This document shows, one piece after another, positions 1 to 9,175 of a stretch of DNA of 64,000 bases. The stretch comes from Candidatus Multivoraceae bacterium (GTDB lineage: Bacteria; Acidobacteriota; Thermoanaerobaculia; Multivoradales; Multivoraceae): NCBI GenBank assembly GCA_965223385.1, contig CBDCWR010000006.1:137896-201895 (forward strand), given 5' to 3'. The first letter of the stretch is position 1; every line of letters begins with the position of its first letter. The notes beneath the pieces were generated by a model. It saw nothing but the letters and a program-made list of their open reading frames with translations, searched no databases and was not told the origin of the DNA. The position numbers and the translations under genes are program-made.

Positions 1-411
1 TGCAGCGAGTCGCGATGTTGGGCCAGAACCGCACCTTCGGTGTAGTCGAAGTGCACGCGCATCCCCGTGCTCGGGTCGCGGGGCGTGCGCACCTGGCCAC
101 CCGGGCTCAGGGTCCTGTTCGCCTCCTCGCGCTCCGCCTCGGGCTCGAGGGTCTTGCCGATCTTGGTGTTGAGCCGGAAGGCCTCGCGCGGCCCGCAGCT
201 TTCGAGGGCAAGACCGAGGCGGCGCTCCGAGCGACCGAGGCCATACCAGGGGGCGGTATCGTAGAAACGAACTCCGAGCTCCCAGGCGGTGCAGACCGCC
301 GACTCGCTCGCCGCGTTGGTGACCGTCGCCGCGCCGATAGGACCACCGCCGAATCCGAGGGGGGTGACCTCGAGGGGGCTCTTGCCGAGGCGACGTGGTG
401 CGAGATTCATC
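1..411 (-). CDS. aldo/keto reductase family oxidoreductase (partial; N-terminus at 411, C-terminus beyond window start)
   Basis: The reverse-strand translation starts MNLAPRRLGKSPLEVTPLGFGGGPIG...RFYDTAPWYGLGRSERRLG, a typical AKR N-terminus. The reading frame is open to the window edge. Confidence 0.75.
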
Positions 412-460
412 GAGACTCCTCGTGTCGTGTCCGATCCGTCGACCGACCTACGAGAACAGC

Positions 461-1591
461 ATGCCAGAGACCGTGGCCACACCCTCGATCGTCGGTGCAC
501 CGGAAGGGCAGCGCCTTCACCCCACGCGGCGGGGGCGCTGCCTTCGACCGAGGCTGCTCGCCCTGGCGCTCATTGGCCTCGTCCTGCCACGGGCAGCCGA
601 GGCGACGTGGTCGATCGTGGCCGTCGATGCCGACACCGGCGAGGTGGGCAGCGCCGGCGCGTCCTGTACACCCTTCGTCGCCGGCATCGTGGGCCTCGTC
701 CCCGGCCGCGGAGCCCTCGTCGACCAGGCGATCTCGGCGCCGGGGCACCTCCGCCGCACGGCCCTTCGCCGGATGGCCGAAGGTGCCACGCCGGAAGAGG
801 TTCTCGAGATCCTCACGGATCCCCAGGCTCGCCCCGATCTCCACAACGGCCAGTACGGCATCGTGACACTCGCGCACCTGGATGCGGCGACCGCCTTCAC
901 GGGTCGTGAGGCGTCCGAGCAGCGCGGGCACCTCGTCGCTTCCGGCGTGGCGGTTCAGGGCAACCTCCTGGTGGACGAGGCCGTCGTTCCGGCGGCGCTC
1001 GAGGCATTCGACGCGAGCGCCGGCCTGCCGCTGCACGAACGGCTCCTCCGCGCGCTCGAAGCGGGCTCGGCGCGCGGCGGTGACCGGCGCTGCGTGGAGC
1101 AGACGGCGCAGTCGGCGTACCTCCTGGTGGCGCGGCTGGGGGACGCCCGCAACAGCGCGTCATGTGGCCTGATCTCTCCCTATCTCCGCCGCGAAAGCAA
1201 TCCGGTCGCCTGGCTGCGCGAGCGCCTCGACAGCAGGGGGTGTGCTCCCGCCCGCCTGCTCCCGATGAGCGGCTTCGAGCTCCTCGGGCTTTCGCTGCTC
1301 GCGCCGCCGCTCCTCGTGGTGCTGAGCGTGCTGGGCCTGCCGAGTGTGCGCAGGCGGCCCTCGTGGACGTGGGCTCTCCTCGGGCTGGTGCTTTCGCCCC
1401 TCCTGCTCGCCGCGTTCCTGCTGGCTCTCCGCGTGGGCGGCTACTCCTCCGGCATCTGGCGCGAGATGTTCCTTCTCGCCACCGCGGTCTCCGCGCTCCT
1501 CGGGGGAGTGACTGCCGGAGCCGCGGCGCTGCTCGCCGGGCTGATGCAGCGAGTGCGTCGGGCAGGTGCCGCACCGCGGGCGCCGGACTGA
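461..1591 (+). CDS. DUF1028-family Ntn-hydrolase-like protein, secreted, with C-terminal hydrophobic anchor
   Basis: A signal peptide (RLLALALIGLVLPRAAEA) is followed by TWSIVAVDADTGEVGSAGASC, the DUF1028 N-terminal nucleophile motif. The C-terminus carries about three TM-like helices. I chose the internal Met because it precedes the signal peptide. Confidence 0.65.
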   Translation: MPETVATPSIVGAPEGQRLHPTRRGRCLRPRLLALALIGLVLPRAAEATWSIVAVDADTGEVGSAGASCTPFVAGIVGLVPGRGALVDQAISAPGHLRRTALRRMAEGATPEEVLEILTDPQARPDLHNGQYGIVTLAHLDAATAFTGREASEQRGHLVASGVAVQGNLLVDEAVVPAALEAFDASAGLPLHERLLRALEAGSARGGDRRCVEQTAQSAYLLVARLGDARNSASCGLISPYLRRESNPVAWLRERLDSRGCAPARLLPMSGFELLGLSLLAPPLLVVLSVLGLPSVRRRPSWTWALLGLVLSPLLLAAFLLALRVGGYSSGIWREMFLLATAVSALLGGVTAGAAALLAGLMQRVRRAGAAPRAPD

Positions 1592-1607
1592 ACGCGCCGG
1601 CGACCTG

Positions 1608-3167
1608 CTAGATCACGGCCTCGATGAGCGACGGCCCCGGCTGCCCGAGCGACGCCTCCAGAGCCCGGTTGAGCTCCTCGGCCGTCGTGGCCTGCCAGGC
1701 GGGCATACCCATCCCCTCGGCCAGCTTCACCCAGCCGATGTCGGGATTGGAGAGGTCGAGCATGCTCATGGCCTTCGGCCCCGGCGAGTGGGCGCCGACG
1801 CGGTCGAACTCGATCTGGAGGATGGCGTACTTGCGGTTGGAGAAGATGACGGTGGTGATGTCCAGCGCCTCGCGCGCCTGTGTCCACAGAGCCTGCACCG
1901 TGTACATGCCGCTGCCGTCCGCCTGCAGGTTGATCACCCGACGATCGGGGCAGGCGACGGCGGCGCCCGTGGCTGCGGGAAGGCCGTAGCCGATGGAGCC
2001 ACCCGTGAGGATGAGCCAGTCGTGGGGTGGGCAGCCCATCGTGGAGAAGTAGGTCCCCGCCCCGGACATGCCGCCTTCGTCCACGACGATGGCGTTCTCC
2101 GGCATGAGGGCGCCGACGGCCGCGCCGATCGTTCGGGGGTCGAGAGCGCCCGTCGGCAGATCGGGCCGCGCGGCGGCAACCAGCTCGGGCTCCGTGCCAC
2201 CGGCACCCACCGCCTCGACCAGCGCCTCGAGCGAGCCTTCGATGTCGCCGTCGCGCTCGACCAGCGTGTGCAGAGTGCAGTCTTCCGGTGTCAGCCAGTT
2301 CGGCTTGTCCGGATAGGCGAAGAAGGTGACGGGCGCCTGCGTGCTGATGAGGACGATGTGCTTCGTGCCGGCGAGCACCTCGGCCGCCTGCTCGCCGAAG
2401 TAGGGCAGGCGCTCGACGTCGACGCGCCCGGCGCCGCGCTCGATGCGCGGCACGAAGGTGTCCATGATCAGGCGGGCGCCGGTCTTCTGCGCCACCCGAT
2501 TCGCCAGCGCCGTACGCTCGGCGGTGAGCGGGCCGTTGATCAGCATGACCGCTGGCTCGCCGTTCATCAGCGCGCGCGCTGCGCCCTCGACCTGGTTGCT
2601 GTCGACCGGCCTGGGTGCCGGAGCGGGGAGTGGCTTGGCGGAGGCGGTCGTGCGGTTCCAGGCGGTGTCGGCCGGCAGGATGAGCGTGGCCACCTGGCCC
2701 GGCGGCGTCAGCGCGGCCTGCACGGCGAGAGCGCCGTCCGCCGCGACGTGGTCGGCCGACTCCGAGGCCCGCACCCAGCCGGAGACAGGCGCCGCAATTC
2801 CGGCGACGTCGGAGCTGAGTGGAGCGTCGTACTGCCGATGGTAGGTGGCGTGGTCGCCCACCACGTTGACGACCGGGGTGCGGGCCTTCTTCGCGTTGTG
2901 GAGATTGGCGAGCCCGTTGCCGAGACCCGGGCCCAGGTGGAGCAACGTTGCGGCCGGCAGCCCTTTCATGCGCGCATACCCGTCCGCCGCGCCTGTGACG
3001 ACCCCCTCGAACAGACCGAGCACGCAGCGCATCTGGGGGTTGGTATCGAGCGCGGCCACGAAGTGCATCTCGGACGTGCCCGGGTTCGTGAAGCAGACGT
3101 CCACTCCGGCGTCGACGAAGGTCTGCACGAGGCTCTCGGCGCCGCTGCGGTCCTGGGCTTCGGTCAT
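1608..3167 (-). CDS. thiamine-diphosphate-dependent enzyme, acetolactate synthase large-subunit-like
   Basis: A 519-aa ORF shows the ThDP Pyr, middle and PP domains (GDGS...N motif near the C-terminus: LQADGSGMYTVQALW...FSNRKY). The sequence AAGGAG sits upstream of the ATG at 3167. Confidence 0.85.
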   Translation of the reverse strand: MTEAQDRSGAESLVQTFVDAGVDVCFTNPGTSEMHFVAALDTNPQMRCVLGLFEGVVTGAADGYARMKGLPAATLLHLGPGLGNGLANLHNAKKARTPVVNVVGDHATYHRQYDAPLSSDVAGIAAPVSGWVRASESADHVAADGALAVQAALTPPGQVATLILPADTAWNRTTASAKPLPAPAPRPVDSNQVEGAARALMNGEPAVMLINGPLTAERTALANRVAQKTGARLIMDTFVPRIERGAGRVDVERLPYFGEQAAEVLAGTKHIVLISTQAPVTFFAYPDKPNWLTPEDCTLHTLVERDGDIEGSLEALVEAVGAGGTEPELVAAARPDLPTGALDPRTIGAAVGALMPENAIVVDEGGMSGAGTYFSTMGCPPHDWLILTGGSIGYGLPAATGAAVACPDRRVINLQADGSGMYTVQALWTQAREALDITTVIFSNRKYAILQIEFDRVGAHSPGPKAMSMLDLSNPDIGWVKLAEGMGMPAWQATTAEELNRALEASLGQPGPSLIEAVI

Positions 3168-3321
3168 GGCGATCTCCTTGAGGGATGGGCTCGGCGTGCT
3201 TTTCTAGCACGCGCGTGCCCTCCCAGGTGGCGTGCCGTCGGTCCAGGGATCGTCGGATCGCCGTTCTGGGGACGTCTATCTCTCCGCGACACCCACAGCG
3301 AGAGGATCGAAGAGGAGTGAC

Positions 3322-3714
3322 ATGACACTTCGGCAGGATCACCACGACATCCGGACGGTGTTCGACGTCGCCCTGGAGAGCATCGTGAACAAAGACTGGG
3401 AGACCTGGGGCGCCCTGTTCACCGAAGACTGCATCTTTCATCCGCCCAACGAGCCTGCGGTGCACGGCCGTAACGCCCTGCGCGACTGGGGCCGCAGTGC
3501 GGGGATCGAGCGCATGACGTGGAGCGATTTCGACGTGCGCGTTCGCGGCGACATGGCCTTCGGCACGAGCGAGGCTGTCCTGCGCTATGACGCCACCGTG
3601 CCGGCGCACGCGTTGGGCGAGGTCTCGGCGAAACAGCTCTGCGTGTTCCAGCGCATCGAAGGGCGGTGGAACGCCGTCGCCGTCAGCTTCAACGCGAGCT
3701 CGCCGCCGGCCTAG
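3322..3714 (+). CDS. SnoaL/NTF2-like (DUF4440-type) small protein
   Basis: The sequence gaggag lies 6 nt before the ATG at 3322. The product is NTF2-like (WETWGALFTEDCIFHPPN...). Confidence 0.6.
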   Translation: MTLRQDHHDIRTVFDVALESIVNKDWETWGALFTEDCIFHPPNEPAVHGRNALRDWGRSAGIERMTWSDFDVRVRGDMAFGTSEAVLRYDATVPAHALGEVSAKQLCVFQRIEGRWNAVAVSFNASSPPA

Positions 3715-3723
3715 GGCGCGGCG

Positions 3724-4233
3724 CTACTCTTCCGGCTCGCCCCAGAACTCGACCATGTAGTCGAAGTAGGGCCCGCGGAGGAAGCCGTGGAAAATCTCGT
3801 TCACGAGGGAGACGCCGCGCCGTGCTGCCGTCTCGAGGGAGCACGAGCTCGCGGTGAGGGTCACCGAGACGTGGCCATTGCGGTTGGTGCAGCGCAGCTC
3901 GATCTCGTGGGGATCGAAGCGCCGATGGGCGGGGAGGTCTGGCTCCGCCTTCGACGCGAGAAAGCGGCGCAGCGCGCGATCCATCTCCGAGGGGTACGGC
4001 ACTCCCGGCAGGAGATCACGAAAGACGACCTGCTGCCGCTGCGCGTCCACATCCACACGGAACGAGGCGCCGGAGAACCAGCGGAAGCGCGCCCGGCCGC
4101 GATGCGTGCCGCGCAGCTCGTCCGCGTATCCCTGGAAGACGCCGCGGCGCGCGTAGTCGCGTAGGGCCTCGAGCGGGGCCGCGGCCGGGTGCGTCGAGGC
4201 GACACCCTCCTCCCTGTGCGCGGTCTCCTCCAT
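3724..4233 (-). CDS. hypothetical protein (possible third gene of cyt c / ThDP-enzyme operon)
   Basis: A 169-aa ORF lies 20 nt downstream of the ThDP-enzyme stop on the same strand. Its composition is not junk-like (YFDYMVEFWGEPEE). I recognise no family. Confidence 0.4.
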   Translation of the reverse strand: MEETAHREEGVASTHPAAAPLEALRDYARRGVFQGYADELRGTHRGRARFRWFSGASFRVDVDAQRQQVVFRDLLPGVPYPSEMDRALRRFLASKAEPDLPAHRRFDPHEIELRCTNRNGHVSVTLTASSCSLETAARRGVSLVNEIFHGFLRGPYFDYMVEFWGEPEE

Positions 4234-4253
4234 GGCCGTCCGTGCCTTGGCGA

Positions 4254-6233
4254 CTAGTGGTAGTACGCCATGCAGCCCGGCTCCACCTTCTGCGGCATGC
4301 CCGGTGGGTACTCGTTGGTCCAGAACTCCTTGATCGCCTGGCAGTTGATCAGCGTCGAGACGCCCTGGTCGGCCGCGAGCCGATAGCTCCGCTCGAGCGC
4401 CTTTTTGAAGTCTTCAGCGCGGTGCACGTACTCGCCGCGCGCGCCGAGGCCTTCGGCGATCTTCTCGTAGCGCAGGTTCTCCTGGAACAGGTACATGTGC
4501 TGGGAGCGCGCGCTCCGGCGCCCCGAGCCCCACACGCCCCAGGCGTTGTTGTTGTACACGACCAGCACCACCGGCAACTTGTACTTGGCCAGCGTCTCGA
4601 TCTCCATGCCCGAGTAGGCGATGCCTGCGTCGCCGGTGATGGCCACGATCGGCGCTCCCTGGTGTGCCTTCTGCACGCCCGCGCCGTTCTGGACCGCCGC
4701 GGCGGCGCCGACCGCGTAGCCGACGTCGGGTCCGATGGCGCCGTACTGGTAGGCACCATTGAGGATCTGGCCCGGCCTCAGTGCCTGCAGATAGCGCCGC
4801 GTCGCGCGTGCGATGCCGTAGCCACCAGACACGACGGTCGTCTGGTCGGCCGGGAGGTCACCGCCGTAGAGCACGTCGGCGAGACCCTGTGCGATCACGA
4901 ACGGGTGCACGCACTCCGCCTTGGCGCTGTGCTGTAGACCAAGCGCCGTGTACTCCTCGTTCTCTTTTTGGAACTTCGCGCGCGCCGCGGCGAGCTCTGC
5001 GCGCCAACTGTCGCGGGAGGTCTTCGGGAGCGCGTTCTCGAGTGCCTCGAGGAAGGCGCGCTCGCCCGCCACGATGCCGAGATCGATCGGCAGATTGCGG
5101 CCGATGTCCTCCGGCTCCGGGTCGACGCGGATGATGCGCGCGTCGGGGTCGAACGCGTACTCCCCGGCGCCCGGCATGCAGTACTGCCCTACGAGGATCA
5201 CGAGGTCGACGGAAAGCAGGGCGTCGGGCGCAACGGAGGCGGACAGCGGGTGATCGTCGGGGAAGTGCCCGCGGCTCGGGCCGGACTCGACCACCGCGAT
5301 GTCCGCCCGTTCGGCGACCGCCCGGAGAGCGTCCCAAGCGCGGTCGTAGAAGCAGCCGGTGCTGGCCACGATCATCGGGCGCTCGGCCGTGCGGATCATC
5401 GCGACGGCCTTCTCGATGTCCTTGGGGCCGGGGTGGGGTTTGTTGTCGCTGCGGTAGCGCGATTTGTCGTAGAAGTACTCCAGGTCTTCGGGGCTCTCGA
5501 AGCGCGCGCGGGCGACCTCGCCGGGAAAGTCGAGGTGGACGGGGCGCGGCACGCCGCTCCGCAGCTGCCGGAAGGCATAGGCGGCGTACTCCCACACCCG
5601 ATTGGGCGTGATGAGGCGCTTGCCCCACTTCTTCAGGCCCTCGGTGGTCGGCTGCTGGTAGCCGCGCTGGATGTTGCGCTCGGTGTCGTCTCCGCCGACC
5701 GTCATGTTGCTCGCGAGCACGAGCAGCGGCGTGCGCGCCGAGTTCGCCGCGCCGATGTTCATGATCATGTTGGTGAAGCCCGGACCTTCGGTGCCCGAGC
5801 AGGCGGCGATCTCACCGCTCGAGCGGATGAAACCGTCGGCCGCGGCACACATGTTGCCCTCGGTGCGGCCGCCGTAGCTCGGGATCCCCTCCGCCGCGAT
5901 CGAGTTGATGACCGTGTAGTTGCCCGGCGCGCAGAAGAGTGCGCCGAGCTCCTCCTCGCGGCAGGCCCGTGCGAAGACCTGGGCGCCGATCATCGGGAAC
6001 TCGGCCGGCGTGGGGGCCTGGGCGCGCGACTCCGGAATCTCGGCGGGGATCTGGATCGGAGGCTCTGTGGTGTCTCCGGCGGCGGCCGCTCCGGCGGCTG
6101 CCAGGGGCGTCGCCTGCGTGGTCGCGAGCGCGGCCACGGCGGCGCCACCCTTGGCCGACGACTCGAGGAAGCCGCGGCGGGAGACCCCGCCGGCCGTCTT
6201 CGCAGGGCTGTTCTGGGTGCCTTTCTTCTTCAT
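4254..6233 (-). CDS. Tat-exported thiamine-diphosphate-dependent enzyme (ALS/POX/benzoylformate decarboxylase superfamily)
   Basis: The internal start MKKKGTQNSPAKTAGGVSRRGFLESSAKGGAAVAALA has the canonical twin-arginine motif SRRGFL. The ThDP domains are present (GTEGPGFTNMIMNIGAA; GDAGIAYSGMEIETL...VVYNNNAWG). A gaggag RBS is present. Confidence 0.85.
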   Translation of the reverse strand: MKKKGTQNSPAKTAGGVSRRGFLESSAKGGAAVAALATTQATPLAAAGAAAAGDTTEPPIQIPAEIPESRAQAPTPAEFPMIGAQVFARACREEELGALFCAPGNYTVINSIAAEGIPSYGGRTEGNMCAAADGFIRSSGEIAACSGTEGPGFTNMIMNIGAANSARTPLLVLASNMTVGGDDTERNIQRGYQQPTTEGLKKWGKRLITPNRVWEYAAYAFRQLRSGVPRPVHLDFPGEVARARFESPEDLEYFYDKSRYRSDNKPHPGPKDIEKAVAMIRTAERPMIVASTGCFYDRAWDALRAVAERADIAVVESGPSRGHFPDDHPLSASVAPDALLSVDLVILVGQYCMPGAGEYAFDPDARIIRVDPEPEDIGRNLPIDLGIVAGERAFLEALENALPKTSRDSWRAELAAARAKFQKENEEYTALGLQHSAKAECVHPFVIAQGLADVLYGGDLPADQTTVVSGGYGIARATRRYLQALRPGQILNGAYQYGAIGPDVGYAVGAAAAVQNGAGVQKAHQGAPIVAITGDAGIAYSGMEIETLAKYKLPVVLVVYNNNAWGVWGSGRRSARSQHMYLFQENLRYEKIAEGLGARGEYVHRAEDFKKALERSYRLAADQGVSTLINCQAIKEFWTNEYPPGMPQKVEPGCMAYYH

Positions 6234-6289
6234 CGCCGGATCTCCTCGTCGGCTGTCCTGTCTCGGGTCTCGTCGGAGGCGCTTCGGAG

Positions 6290-6820
6290 TCAACCGCCGC
6301 CGGCGGGCTCGGGGCGCAGCTGGGCTGGTCCGATGCTCCGCAGGAACTGCACGAGCTGCCAGATCTGGCCGTCCTCCAGCTGCAGCTGGAACGCGGGCAT
6401 GTCGTAGCCGGCCCCTTGCTTGATCGAGCGGAAGATCTCGCCGTCGGTGGCGCCGTAGCGGTACACGTCGGGATTTGTCAGGTCGGTCGCCTCGAAGTCG
6501 AAGTTGTCGAGCGCGCGGCCGTCCTTGCCGTGGCAGTTCTGACACAGGCGAAGGTAGTGCTTCTTGCCCGCCGCGATGGTCTCGGGAACGTAGGGTGCGG
6601 GGTTGGCGACCTCACGCGCCTGCTCCTGGGTGAGCTCCTCGGCGCGCGTGAGCGATGTGGTGTGCCACGTGTGAGGCGCCGTGCCGTGGATGTAGCCGAC
6701 GGCCGCGCAGCGGATGATCGTCGCTTCGAGGCTCGGCGTGCTGTACGCAGGGGGTGGTGAGGTGCACGTCACCAGGAGCGCGCACGCCAGAGCACCGCCG
6801 ACAGTGGACTTCGGACTCAT
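6290..6820 (-). CDS. monohaem c-type cytochrome, secreted or lipoprotein
   Basis: MSPKSTVGGALACALLVTCTSPP is the signal peptide. A single CQNCH haem-binding motif is present. The gene sits 56 nt upstream of the Tat-ThDP enzyme on the same strand. Confidence 0.8.
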   Translation of the reverse strand: MSPKSTVGGALACALLVTCTSPPPAYSTPSLEATIIRCAAVGYIHGTAPHTWHTTSLTRAEELTQEQAREVANPAPYVPETIAAGKKHYLRLCQNCHGKDGRALDNFDFEATDLTNPDVYRYGATDGEIFRSIKQGAGYDMPAFQLQLEDGQIWQLVQFLRSIGPAQLRPEPAGGG

Positions 6821-6999
6821 GAGAGTGCCCCCGAGTCTACCGGGTCGCCTCGCACGGGCAGTGCGCGGAGGACCACGTGTCGAGATGGCCCGCGGTCCGG
6901 CAGTGGGTCTGTGCGGGCGCGCTCGACGCGGGGTGCGATGATCTGGCCGAAGGATTTGAGCCGACGGACCCAGGGTGAACTCGAGGAGGTCAGCACTTC

Positions 7000-7326
7000 G
7001 TGACCGACAAGATCGTTGCTGCGGTGTGCCACGAGCTGGCGCCCGACGAGAACCAGCTCGAGCCCGATCTTCCGTTCGTGCCCGGCGGCGAGGCTGCGGG
7101 GGTGATCTCGAAGGTCGGGGCTGACGTGCAGGGAATCCGCGCAGGGGACGAGGTGGCGGTGGGCATGCGCTTCGGTGCCTACGCCGAAGCCGTCGACGTG
7201 CCGGCCGGCGCCGTGAGCCCGAAGCCACCCGCCATGAACTTCGCCAAGGCCGCGTCCTACCAGACGGCCTATCTCGCGGCGTACGTGGCTCTCGACCCCG
7301 TCGAAGACGAGGGAGGCTCGCGATGA
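7000..7326 (+). CDS. medium-chain dehydrogenase/reductase N-terminal (GroES-like) domain only; probable gene remnant
   Basis: The sequence PDLPFVPGGEAAGVISKVGADVQGIRAGDEVA...GAYAEAVDVP matches the MDR catalytic domain. The Rossmann domain is absent. The gene overlaps the next gene by 4 bp (ATGA). Confidence 0.45.
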   Translation: MTDKIVAAVCHELAPDENQLEPDLPFVPGGEAAGVISKVGADVQGIRAGDEVAVGMRFGAYAEAVDVPAGAVSPKPPAMNFAKAASYQTAYLAAYVALDPVEDEGGSR

Positions 7327-8426
7327 AGGTGCTGGACACACGTGAAGACGGCTCGCAGCTGCTGCAGATCGACGCGCTCGACGAGGTGGATCTGCAGGCC
7401 CTGCTCGACATGGTCGATGGAGCTTGGCGCCTCGACTACGCCGGCGAGCCGCGGGAGGACTTCGACGAGCCCACGCTGCGCAAGATGATGCGCGGCGGGG
7501 AGACCTTCGGCGTGGTCTCGACGGACGCCGACGGTGCGCCGACGGGTCTCGAGCTGGCGATGAAGCGGAAGCTCTGGGTGCCGTCTGCGCAGCGCGAGCT
7601 GTGCGCGTACTACGTCACCGCGTTCTCGGTGTCGCCGGACCACCGGCGTCGGGGCCTCGGTAAGTGGGTGCTCGGCGGCATCAACCGGGTCGCCTTCGAG
7701 GAGCGGGGGGCTGACCTGATCGTCTCGACGTTTCACGACGGCCACGCCGGGTCCCCGACCGTGCAGGCCACCTTCGACGCCATCTCTGGCTGGGGAGTGT
7801 GTCGGTTCCACCGGTCGCCGATCTTCAGTCGGCGCCTCGACCAGGAGCCGCTCGCGCCGGCCGATCCGCCTGTGCGAGCCCTTCGCCTCTTCGTGCCGGC
7901 GGGCGCCGAGGAGCTGGCCGCGGAAGATCGAGCCGGTGCCTGTGCGGCGCCATTGCAGCGCGCCGAGCTCCATGACTGGGTGCGGCACGGGGTCGGGGCC
8001 ACCTTCCTCTGGGAGGGCAGCTTCCGGGAGCGGTTCCTGCACGAGAGAGGTGCGGAGAGCGGCACGCTCTGGATCGACTTCGGAGACGGAGCCGAGGCGC
8101 TCGCGCTGTACGACACGATGGCCATGAGTCTCGACGAGCGCAAACTGCGCCCGGTCGGCCAGCTGCAGGGGCTGTTCGTCCGCGGTGGGGGTGCAGCGAC
8201 CGCGGACCAGGGAGAGCGTGTGCTGCGCACCGTGGCCCAGGAGCTCGTGCAGCGCAACTGCTTCGCGCTGAGCCTGCTCGACCTCGGAGCGGTGCCCGCT
8301 CCGGCTCTGGAGGAGCTGGGCTTCAGGCCGCTCGACGACATCATGGCCTTCGCCGTACGGGGCCCGCGCGAGAACGTCGAGCTGTTCGAGGGTCTGGAGC
8401 CGCCGTTTTTCCTCGACTGGACGTGA
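7323..8426 (+). CDS. GNAT-family N-acetyltransferase with C-terminal extension
   Basis: VSPDHRRRGLGKWVLGG is the acetyl-CoA-binding R-x-x-G-x-G motif. The protein is 367 aa. Confidence 0.7.
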   Translation: MKVLDTREDGSQLLQIDALDEVDLQALLDMVDGAWRLDYAGEPREDFDEPTLRKMMRGGETFGVVSTDADGAPTGLELAMKRKLWVPSAQRELCAYYVTAFSVSPDHRRRGLGKWVLGGINRVAFEERGADLIVSTFHDGHAGSPTVQATFDAISGWGVCRFHRSPIFSRRLDQEPLAPADPPVRALRLFVPAGAEELAAEDRAGACAAPLQRAELHDWVRHGVGATFLWEGSFRERFLHERGAESGTLWIDFGDGAEALALYDTMAMSLDERKLRPVGQLQGLFVRGGGAATADQGERVLRTVAQELVQRNCFALSLLDLGAVPAPALEELGFRPLDDIMAFAVRGPRENVELFEGLEPPFFLDWT

Positions 8427-8443
8427 CGAGGACTCGCGCGCCC

Positions 8444-8905
8444 TCAGGGCTGCATCTGGTTCTGGAACGTCGCCATGTCGAAGTAGTCGCGCCAGGCCGC
8501 GATCTTGTCGCCGCGCAGCTCGAACGCGCCCATGACCGGCAGCTCGACCTTCCGCTCGCCGAAGACGAAACGGTCGACGCGCTCGTTGTAGACCATCTTG
8601 CCGGCCTCGGCGCTGCCGAGAACTTCGAACTCCACCGACTGCGCGTTCGTCAGGTAACCGGAGATCGCGGCGCGGATCGCGTCGAGACCCTCCGCCGGAT
8701 CAGTCGGCATGTTGTGGTAGACCGCGTCTTCCGTGAAGAAGCTCATGATCTTCTCGAGATCCTGCGCATCGAACGCAGCCATGAACTCCTCCACGATGCA
8801 GAGCCGACAGGGCTCGTCCTGCTGGGCGAGAGCTGCGGGTGCGGCGACGATCGCCGTCAGCATTGCGAGGGCGCCGACTCGGAGCGGAGCGGGGATCATG
8901 CGCAT
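8444..8905 (-). CDS. secreted SnoaL/NTF2-like protein (limonene-epoxide-hydrolase-like fold)
   Basis: The start MRMIPAPLRVGALAMLTAIVAAPAALA is preceded by aaggagg. The product has an NTF2-like core. The remainder of the longer ORF is Arg-rich junk. Confidence 0.7.
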   Translation of the reverse strand: MRMIPAPLRVGALAMLTAIVAAPAALAQQDEPCRLCIVEEFMAAFDAQDLEKIMSFFTEDAVYHNMPTDPAEGLDAIRAAISGYLTNAQSVEFEVLGSAEAGKMVYNERVDRFVFGERKVELPVMGAFELRGDKIAAWRDYFDMATFQNQMQP

Positions 8906-9002
8906 GAGGCCTCCTTTGGATCTGGCGCGACCGCGTGGTCTTGCCGAGGGATGGTGGGCAGTGTAGCGACCTTCCCGCGAGAGAGCGGCTCGGCGACAGG
9001 CG

Positions 9003-9038
9003 CCCCGGGAGCCCCGGGAGCCCCGGGAGCCCCGGGAA
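9003..9038. repeat. 9-bp tandem repeat (ccccgggag) x4 in a divergent promoter region
   Basis: The sequence cgCCCCGGGAGCCCCGGGAGCCCCGGGAGCCCCGGGAaag lies between the minus-strand gene starting at 8905 and the plus-strand gene starting at 9176. Confidence 0.8.
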
Positions 9039-9175
9039 AGTAGACTGCTGCTTTCCAGCCAACAGAATTGCTTCCGCGCTCCGATTCCACGGACCGCACT
9101 TGCGCCCCGCCTTCGGCATGATGCGTGGCGGCGCGCCGGATGGCCGGCCGTGGGGAGCTCGGAGAGGAGACCGTC

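Noticed and set aside
1441-3609. 722-aa minus-strand ORF, and similar very long ORFs such as 1566..3320 (+), 9491..11878 (-), 20212..22551 (-), 31519..33996 (+)
   Set aside because: These are Arg/Gly/Pro/His-rich low-complexity translations lying antisense or out of frame to well-supported genes. They are typical stop-codon-poor artefacts of ~70% GC DNA.
9003-9038. Short direct repeats considered as a possible CRISPR array
   Set aside because: Only four contiguous 9-bp units with no spacers. There are no cas genes. It is a microsatellite-like tandem repeat.
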